Positions 18,378 to 23,614 of a stretch of DNA of 23,614 nt are shown piece by piece. The translations under genes and the position numbers were made by a program. Location: the IMG/VR virus record IMGVR_UViG_3300005239_000257. The stretch is one strand, 5' to 3'. The stretch comes from an uncultured virus (IMG/VR IMGVR_UViG_3300005239_000257) (Duplodnaviria; Heunggongvirae; Uroviricota; Caudoviricetes; Crassvirales). The notes beneath the pieces were generated by a model. It saw nothing but the letters and a program-made list of their open reading frames with translations, was not told where the DNA came from and made no database searches. The first letter of the stretch is position 1. Every line of letters starts with the position of its first letter.

Positions 18378-18648
18378 TTGCTTCTGCTTTTTCTGCTTCT
18401 ATTTCTTTTAATCTTCTTATGTCATCCATATACCTGTTGTCGGTATAATCTCTTAATTCTAAGATAAAGTATTCTACTATATCTGATAAGTCAAAACCAT
18501 CTTCTATAAGTGGTCTACATGATTCTACATTCATTTCCATACGATATTCACCGCCCATGAGTTCTTTCATGCGTTTTAGCTTACGATGGTAAGATAAGTA
18601 GTTGTCTAAGTCTTTAGTTATTTTTGGATCAATCATTGTTTTTGTCAT
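18367..18648 (-). CDS. Hypothetical protein
   Basis: ORF track. Confidence 0.7.
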   Translation of the reverse strand: MTKTMIDPKITKDLDNYLSYHRKLKRMKELMGGEYRMEMNVESCRPLIEDGFDLSDIVEYFILELRDYTDNRYMDDIRRLKEIEAEKAEANDA

Positions 18649-18964
18649 TTAATTCTTCTAAGTAATCTTGTACTTCGCCTTCAGGTAAATACTGTTCGAA
18701 GTCAGCTAACCATACTACTGCAGGGTCACCGTCATAGCTTTCATTTTCAGCTGTCTCTTTAATTCTGTCTATAATTTCTTCAAAGCTAGGTTCATAGTAA
18801 TATACATCATATTCCCAATTTAAATGTTGAGGATCGTTAGACATTACATGTATTTCATAACCATCAGCAGTATTCCACGTACCTATTTCTAGGTTTGGTC
18901 TACCATTATAGTCGTCACTTAATTTTACGTTTAGAGCTTCGCCAAGCTTTTCATATATATCCAT
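18629..18964 (-). CDS. Acidic hypothetical protein
   Basis: First gene after promoter copy 1; about a quarter D/E. Confidence 0.75.
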   Translation of the reverse strand: MDIYEKLGEALNVKLSDDYNGRPNLEIGTWNTADGYEIHVMSNDPQHLNWEYDVYYYEPSFEEIIDRIKETAENESYDGDPAVVWLADFEQYLPEGEVQDYLEELNDKNND

Positions 18965-18965
18965 A

Positions 18966-19106
18966 TTATTGTTGTAATTGATTAAACATTTCAGTTATTT
19001 CATTTGTTATATTATCACAATCAGTATTATTTTGTAACGTACTTTTTGTAATTTTATTATGATGAAACACATATGTGCCATCATTCCAGTTTATAGTCAT
19101 TTTCAT
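18966..19106 (-). CDS. Hypothetical protein (46 aa, MKMTINWNDG...), overlapping promoter copy 1
   Basis: Manual translation; ATGA coupling upstream. Confidence 0.4.
   Translation of the reverse strand: MKMTINWNDGTYVFHHNKITKSTLQNNTDCDNITNEITEMFNQLQQ
19008..19047 (-). promoter_or_regulatory. Repeated early promoter-like motif, copy 1
   Basis: AAAAAGTACGTTACAA-N12-TGTGATAATATA on the minus strand. Confidence 0.85.
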
Positions 19107-19330
19107 AGTGTTGATTTTGTTTTACATAGCCATTCCATTTCTCGCCAAACTCTTAAGTTTCTTATAGCATCAAAAGCTAATCCAAAGGTTTGTTCTTCAT
19201 CAATACCTGCTAAACCTTTATGTCTATTTTTAAAATAGTAATTAGCTTCATATTCAAAGTGATGAATTTTAGAATAAATCTTGTTATGTATTCTATCGTT
19301 TATATAATATTGCATTTCTTGTTTATTCAT
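19103..19330 (-). CDS. Hypothetical protein
   Basis: ORF track. Confidence 0.65.
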   Translation of the reverse strand: MNKQEMQYYINDRIHNKIYSKIHHFEYEANYYFKNRHKGLAGIDEEQTFGLAFDAIRNLRVWREMEWLCKTKSTL

Positions 19331-19409
19331 AATGCTTATCTAGTAATTTATTAGCAGTTTCCATACTGATCTCATTGATCTCATATAGATGCCATATTAA
19401 TTTAGTCAT
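19323..19409 (-). CDS. Hypothetical micropeptide (28 aa, MTKLIWHLYE...)
   Basis: Manual translation; A-rich leader after the tRNA. Confidence 0.45.
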   Translation of the reverse strand: MTKLIWHLYEINEISMETANKLLDKHYE

Positions 19410-19429
19410 TTTTATTTATTTAAAGTTAG

Positions 19430-19502
19430 TTGCGCAGGGAGGATTCGAACCTCCGACCTCAAGGTTATGAGCCTTGCGAGCTGACCTCTGCTCTACTGCG
19501 CT
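19430..19502 (-). tRNA. tRNA-Met(CAT), initiator (fMet)-type; CCA not encoded
   Basis: AGCGCAG acceptor with 1:72 mismatch; D arm GAGC/GCTC; anticodon arm CAAGG-CTCATAA-CCTTG; T arm GGAGG-TTCGAAT-CCTCC. Confidence 0.93.
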
Positions 19503-19568
19503 AAAATGTAGGACCTCACCAACGGTTTTATTTACCCACGCGTTGGTACGTTGGCTTTTTGGTCCTTT

Positions 19569-19697
19569 TTAATATTGATTTTGTTGCCATTGTGTAATAC
19601 CTGAATTATATCTCTGATAGTATTCACGTTCTATTGCTTCTATTTGAGCATTAGTTATTTTAATTATTTTATTTGCCTTGTGCTTCCTCTTTTTCAT
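19569..19697 (-). CDS. Hypothetical protein (42 aa, MKKRKHKANK...)
   Basis: Manual translation. Confidence 0.5.
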   Translation of the reverse strand: MKKRKHKANKIIKITNAQIEAIEREYYQRYNSGITQWQQNQY

Positions 19698-19947
19698 TTA
19701 TTGATTCGTTTATAAGATTTTCTGCTATTTCATGATAGTTTACTTCAGATAAAAATGCATTAGCATAATCTTCAACTAAACCATTACCATTACCAATTAA
19801 AGTACCGAACACAGCGTCTTCAACTAATTCTTTTACATAATCAGCATCAACATGCTCGCATTCATACCAGTCGTAACCGTCTATTATTTCTAAATTAACT
19901 CGCCATGTAGCGTAGTTAGTCCACCCGTTATGTCTTTCATCGCTCAT
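19669..19947 (-). CDS. Acidic phage protein with GWTNYATW motif
   Basis: ORF track; the N-terminal GWTNY.TW and C-terminal VNY.EIA pattern resembles small phage early proteins. Confidence 0.75.
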   Translation of the reverse strand: MSDERHNGWTNYATWRVNLEIIDGYDWYECEHVDADYVKELVEDAVFGTLIGNGNGLVEDYANAFLSEVNYHEIAENLINESINEKEEAQGK

Positions 19948-20099
19948 AATTGATTTCTTTTAAAGTATTCTCTTGCTTCATTAAGCATTGATAATCCTAC
20001 ATCGTAGTGATTAAATACATAGTTTACTTTTTCATCTATATTTAGATGATTGTAGTAACTATTTACGTGATCTAGTATATTTATTTCTGTGTTTGTCAT
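19944..20099 (-). CDS. Hypothetical protein (51 aa, MTNTEINILD...)
   Basis: Manual translation; ATGA overlap downstream. Confidence 0.6.
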   Translation of the reverse strand: MTNTEINILDHVNSYYNHLNIDEKVNYVFNHYDVGLSMLNEAREYFKRNQL

Positions 20100-20110
20100 A
20101 ATTTATTTTT

Positions 20111-20361
20111 NNNNNNNNNNNNNNNNNNNNNNNNNNNNNNNNNNNNNNNNNNNNNNNNNNNNNNNNNNNNNNNNNNNNNNNNNNNNNNNNNNNNNNNNNN
20201 NNNNNNNNNNNNNNNNNNNNNNNNNNNNNNNNNNNNNNNNNNNNNNNNNNNNNNNNNNNNNNNNNNNNNNNNNNNNNNNNNNNNNNNNNNNNNNNNNNNN
20301 NNNNNNNNNNNNNNNNNNNNNNNNNNNNNNNNNNNNNNNNNNNNNNNNNNNNNNNNNNNNN
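20111..20361. other. Assembly gap (251 N)
   Basis: Run of N. Confidence 1.
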
Positions 20362-20471
20362 TTTGCGTCACCGTCAACTGTAATTTCATTATCATACAAA
20401 CCTATGTATGTTAATTTATAAGCTTTTGGTATCACATTTTTAAATTGTGTGTCAAATTTATTACCTGCCAT
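20362..20471 (-). CDS. Hypothetical protein, 3' end in the gap (MAGNKFDTQF...)
   Basis: ATG after an A-rich leader; reading frame open into the gap. Confidence 0.6.
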
Positions 20472-20491
20472 TTTTATTTATTTATAATTAG

Positions 20492-20565
20492 TGGACGTGG
20501 TAGGAGTCGAACCTACGTTTGTTACGTTTCTCTAACGGTTCTCGTAACACTTACCCGTCACGCCC
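20492..20565 (-). ncRNA. D-armless tRNA-like RNA resembling an isolated tmRNA tRNA-like domain (G3-U70)
   Basis: Acceptor GGGCGTG/CACGTCC plus A; T arm GTAGG-TTCGACT-CCTAC; central stem TGTTACG/CGTAACA with a 16-nt loop. Confidence 0.75.
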
Positions 20566-20759
20566 TATTTTCTACGCCAAGCTTTGTGAACTTGTTCACT
20601 TAATTCTTGACTAACTATTTGTACTTCTAATACTTGTTTGTTTGCAATAATAGGTATATAACTTACTTTTTTAGTGCTTGAACACTGAACACAGCTATTA
20701 TAACCTAGTTTTATTCTTACTGGATGAATTATATCACCACATCTACAATGTTTTTTCAT
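20565..20759 (-). CDS. C4 zinc-finger protein, TraR/DksA-finger-like
   Basis: CRCGDIIHPVRIKLGYNSCVQC resembles the CG..I...R......C..C finger pattern. Confidence 0.65.
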   Translation of the reverse strand: MKKHCRCGDIIHPVRIKLGYNSCVQCSSTKKVSYIPIIANKQVLEVQIVSQELSEQVHKAWRRK

Positions 20760-20776
20760 ATATTATTTGTTACATA

Positions 20777-20816
20777 TATATTATCACAAACAAATTTGAT
20801 TTGTAACGTACTTTTT
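20777..20816 (-). promoter_or_regulatory. Repeated early promoter-like motif, copy 2
   Basis: Same two boxes with N12 spacer; 17 nt upstream of ATG 20759. Confidence 0.88.
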
Positions 20817-20819
20817 TGA

Positions 20820-21026
20820 TTATTTTTCTAGCCATTCTGCTTTTCGCATGTTTTTATTAACACCTAAGTCATCAAAATCACCATTAAGTATCATTTCTTG
20901 TATTACTTGTAATTTTTCTGATTGAGAACATGTGTCATAACCAAATTCACCGAATAAAGATTCTGCTGTAATATCCATTGTTTGTAATAACCACCTTGAG
21001 TGATCATTAATTGTTTCGTTTACCAT
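20820..21026 (-). CDS. Hypothetical protein (FGEFGYDTC motif)
   Basis: ORF track; TAATG coupling. Confidence 0.7.
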   Translation of the reverse strand: MVNETINDHSRWLLQTMDITAESLFGEFGYDTCSQSEKLQVIQEMILNGDFDDLGVNKNMRKAEWLEK

Positions 21027-21550
21027 TATAAGTTATTTATTAATTTTACTAATTTATCTTCGATTGAAGCAACACCTTCAGTGAAGCCTTCGTTATAACC
21101 TTCGTTATATGCTTCAACCCAAGCATCTGCTTCTTTTACTCTTTCTTTTGTTAAATATGATTTAACATTTAAAGCTTTGTGCTCTTCATACTGCTTTAGT
21201 ATTTTATTTTTACGTAATTCTACAGCATATTCGCCACAATTTTTATTATTAAAATTTTGTAAAGCGTTTATTGCTTCTGAAATATCATTATATTTTATTC
21301 GAGCAATACCTGAAAAAGTCTTTTTAACACCATCATAATCATATTCACGATTTATTTCTTCACGTGAATTTATTTGATATAGTCTATCACCTATTTCATT
21401 GTCTTCTTTGTAGTATTCGCCATTTCTAATACCTTCACGAGTAACACTTACTCGAGCATATTGGTGATTAGCATAGCCAATACGACCATCTGCCATACGG
21501 AAATATATACCTGTTGGCGTGGTTTTTATTGGTTTTAACGTTTCTAACAT
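21026..21550 (-). CDS. Hypothetical protein with C-terminal YNEG/FTEG (GxxxG) repeats
   Basis: ORF track. Confidence 0.75.
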   Translation of the reverse strand: MLETLKPIKTTPTGIYFRMADGRIGYANHQYARVSVTREGIRNGEYYKEDNEIGDRLYQINSREEINREYDYDGVKKTFSGIARIKYNDISEAINALQNFNNKNCGEYAVELRKNKILKQYEEHKALNVKSYLTKERVKEADAWVEAYNEGYNEGFTEGVASIEDKLVKLINNL

Positions 21551-21556
21551 TTGTTT

Positions 21557-21754
21557 TTATATTAATTTAAAATATTTTTTAATAGTATTCACGCTTGCTT
21601 TATTAAAAGCGTGTACTCTTTCTCTATATTGTTTGTTACTACAATATTTCTTCATAGCATTTACACTTGTAATACCATGATCTTCGCCATATTTTTCTTC
21701 GAACGTTGCTATTTGAAGCAATTTATCGTCCATCATTTGTTTACTTATTCTCAT
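21557..21754 (-). CDS. Hypothetical protein
   Basis: ORF track. Confidence 0.65.
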   Translation of the reverse strand: MRISKQMMDDKLLQIATFEEKYGEDHGITSVNAMKKYCSNKQYRERVHAFNKASVNTIKKYFKLI

Positions 21755-21897
21755 ATTTTGTATTTTTTCATAAAGTCACATATATCACCTACTATTTTGT
21801 GTTCTTTGCTATCTATAGTATTTTTATACTTAAAACAGTAGTTGTATATATAGTCGTTAAACACTTTATTTAATAATTTCTTTTCTATTTTATTCAT
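21751..21897 (-). CDS. Hypothetical protein (48 aa, MNKIEKKLLN...)
   Basis: Manual translation; first gene after promoter copy 3; ATGA overlap downstream. Confidence 0.6.
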   Translation of the reverse strand: MNKIEKKLLNKVFNDYIYNYCFKYKNTIDSKEHKIVGDICDFMKKYKI

Positions 21898-21913
21898 ATT
21901 ATATATTTACAAT

Positions 21914-21953
21914 TATATTATCACAATATAATTTAATTTGTAACGTACTTTTT
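21914..21953 (-). promoter_or_regulatory. Repeated early promoter-like motif, copy 3
   Basis: Same two boxes with N12 spacer; 16 nt upstream of ATG 21897. Confidence 0.88.
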
Positions 21954-22217
21954 AATTTTTCTATTTCTTGCTTCTTCTTGATATTCTAAAATACAGTGAG
22001 CAAGATCGTCTTTGTCCCATTCCATTAATTGATCGTACGATAAAGTATTATTTTCTTCATTAAATTCATCATCTACAATATAATTTATTTCTCTTTGCAA
22101 ATCGTCACCTTCATAATCTTCTGCTAAATAAGAATGTTCTTGTATTACTCTATTATATATTTCTTCTCTTAATTCTAATTCTTCATCAGTAAGATCAAAT
22201 TCTTTTTCTTTTCTCAT
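21933..22217 (-). CDS. Highly acidic protein (DNA-mimic candidate)
   Basis: About 29 of 94 residues are D/E by manual count. Confidence 0.75.
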   Translation of the reverse strand: MRKEKEFDLTDEELELREEIYNRVIQEHSYLAEDYEGDDLQREINYIVDDEFNEENNTLSYDQLMEWDKDDLAHCILEYQEEARNRKIKKYVTN

Positions 22218-22218
22218 A

Positions 22219-22332
22219 TTATTTTAAAGTCATCGTTATTAATTCAAATTCTTTATTTGTTATTGTACCTTCCATTAAAGCAAGGAACTCACTTGAGACA
22301 TCTCTGCCTGTATATTTATTTATTATAGTCAT
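22219..22332 (-). CDS. Hypothetical protein (37 aa, MTIINKYTGRDV...)
   Basis: Manual translation; stop 1 nt before the next ATG. Confidence 0.55.
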   Translation of the reverse strand: MTIINKYTGRDVSSEFLALMEGTITNKEFELITMTLK

Positions 22333-22468
22333 ATTCTTTTATTATTTTAATTTGTTCGTTAATTTCTTTTATTCTTTTTTTATTATCACTTTGACTTGAC
22401 CAAACAGAGTCATTTCTAACTTGTTCATGTAATGTTTCTAGTGCTAAAATTATTAAATGCTTATTCAT
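22316..22468 (-). CDS. Hypothetical protein (50 aa, MNKHLIILAL...)
   Basis: Track ORF with the start moved downstream of the tRNA-like element, to an ATG with an AAATAAT leader. Confidence 0.6.
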   Translation of the reverse strand: MNKHLIILALETLHEQVRNDSVWSSQSDNKKRIKEINEQIKIIKEYDYNK

Positions 22469-22482
22469 ATTATTTATTTTAG

Positions 22483-22553
22483 TTGAGTGGAAAGGAATCG
22501 AACCTTTATTTCCCATTTAACTAAGGAATTTAACCTTGTTAACTGTTCACTCA
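22483..22553 (-). ncRNA. Second D-armless tRNA-like RNA
   Basis: Acceptor-like TGAGTG/CACTCA plus A; T arm AAAGG-TTCGATT-CCTTT; central stem TTAAC-AAGG/CCTT-A-GTTAA with a 7-nt loop TTAAATT. Confidence 0.65.
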
Positions 22554-22623
22554 TTTGTCTTCTCGACTTGGTCTGTTCGTTTAAGGAAAGAACACACTTC
22601 AACACCTTTTATTTATTTATAAT

Positions 22624-22857
22624 TTACACAAGAGTTTTTAATTCTTTTACAAATGTTGGTAAATTATTTGTATTTGTATAAGTTTTATACTTTGTCCAAC
22701 AATTCATATTTTCAAATTTATCTTTTAATTGATTGAAGACAACACTTTGATTATATGTATATTCTACACCTTTTTTATTTACAAATACACACACTTGTTT
22801 ATTTTCTATACCTTTTACACTTATTACAAAGCGTTTTACATTTTTTATATTATTCAT
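22624..22857 (-). CDS. Hypothetical protein
   Basis: First gene after promoter copy 4. Confidence 0.7.
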   Translation of the reverse strand: MNNIKNVKRFVISVKGIENKQVCVFVNKKGVEYTYNQSVVFNQLKDKFENMNCWTKYKTYTNTNNLPTFVKELKTLV

Positions 22858-22909
22858 TTTATTATTATTTATTTATTATTATTATTTATTATTATTAATT
22901 TCTTACATT

Positions 22910-22949
22910 TATATTATCACATTTTTATATGAATTGTAACGTACTTTTT
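22910..22949 (-). promoter_or_regulatory. Repeated early promoter-like motif, copy 4
   Basis: Same two boxes with N12 spacer. Confidence 0.88.
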
Positions 22950-23143
22950 TGTATATTATTTTTATTTATAAATGTTAAACCTTTTAAATTAAATTCTATA
23001 ACATTATTTAAAGTTAATTTATCTTTTAATTTTATATTTTGTAAATCATTTATATTAAAACCTATATAAGTATTATTTTTTAATTTAACTTTTTTAGTAT
23101 TTAGTATTTGTGATTTATAATGTTTAGTATATAATTTTTGCAT
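22925..23143 (-). CDS. Hypothetical protein (72 aa, MQKLYTKHYK...)
   Basis: Start moved to ATG 23143, 21 nt downstream of promoter copy 5. Confidence 0.55.
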   Translation of the reverse strand: MQKLYTKHYKSQILNTKKVKLKNNTYIGFNINDLQNIKLKDKLTLNNVIEFNLKGLTFINKNNIQKSTLQFI

Positions 23144-23164
23144 TTTGTTATTTTTTGTTACATA

Positions 23165-23204
23165 TATATTATCACATATTATAGTTATTTGTAACGTACT
23201 TTTT
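23165..23204 (-). promoter_or_regulatory. Repeated early promoter-like motif, copy 5
   Basis: Same two boxes with N12 spacer. Confidence 0.88.
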
Positions 23205-23614
23205 ATTAAATATATATAAAATGTCCCTTTTTGAATATTTTGCACTATAATATAATAGATACTATTAATATCTTAATAATAATGAGATATATTGATAATA
23301 TGATAATGACATTAATTATATGACACATTGACATATAATAATATATATATCATGACATTATGTCATATCACATACTATTATATATTAATATAAATTCAAT
23401 AATAATAAAGGTATTGTGCAAAATGTGTAGACATTTAATACATTTATTGAATATAATACAATACATTGATATATATTCTATCAATATCACAACGACTATC
23501 ATATTGATAACAAATATATATAATAACTATCAATATCGCAATAAAAACAACATATTATTGTGATATATGGGGTACTTTTTAATATGAGTTTTCTAACTAG
23601 CTGACTATCAATAA

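Noticed and set aside
20089..20421. ORFs spanning the N run
   Set aside because: Artefacts of the assembly gap.
19008..23204. 40-bp repeats as a CRISPR array or as att-site gene cassettes
   Set aside because: Spacing is 255-1769 bp with genes in between, the internal spacer is variable, there is no dyad symmetry and no cas or integrase gene; position upstream of ATGs fits promoters.
22925..23245. Repeated peptide KSTLQ...CDNI as a protein motif, and the 106-aa ORF start at 23245
   Set aside because: The peptide is simply the translation of the DNA promoter motif; the likely start is 23143.
23360..23563. 67-aa plus-strand ORF
   Set aside because: Low-complexity I/N/Y product of AT-rich DNA, opposite to the local gene orientation.
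23572..23580. Sixth promoter copy (GTACTTTTT)
   Set aside because: Only 9 nt match, and the second box is absent at the required spacing.

Overview
This AT-rich window is one arm of a lytic dsDNA phage genome. A Bacteroidota/flavobacterial host is inferred from AT-rich, Shine-Dalgarno-free leaders and the SSB-like gene type. 1-4590 (+) holds the 3' part of a giant (>1460 aa, open off the left edge) multidomain virion-type protein and one small gene, ending at a bidirectional terminator (~4610-4648). 4663-18115 (-) is a nucleotide-metabolism, replication and recombination module: NrdA, NrdB, PD-(D/E)XK endonuclease, GIY-YIG-like/MazG fusion, a second all-alpha NTP-PPase, T4 gp42-like dCMP hydroxymethylase, primase-helicase, SSB-like, exonuclease VIII-like, ERF, sigma factor and ATP-dependent ligase. 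18081-23204 (-) is an early region of small ORFs with five copies of a 40-bp bipartite promoter-like motif (AAAAAGTACGTTACAA-N12-TGTGATAATATA), an initiator-type tRNA-Met and two D-armless tRNA-like RNAs, one resembling a stand-alone tmRNA tRNA-like domain with G3-U70. There is a 251-N gap at 20111-20361. The main hypotheses are: (1) a sigma region-2-like domain in the giant protein could drive the non-Bacteroidota-type early promoters; (2) a family of tRNA mimics; (3) a cytosine-modification cassette; (4) an uncalled classical C2H2 zinc-finger microprotein. All homology calls are by-eye motif recognition; no searches were run.
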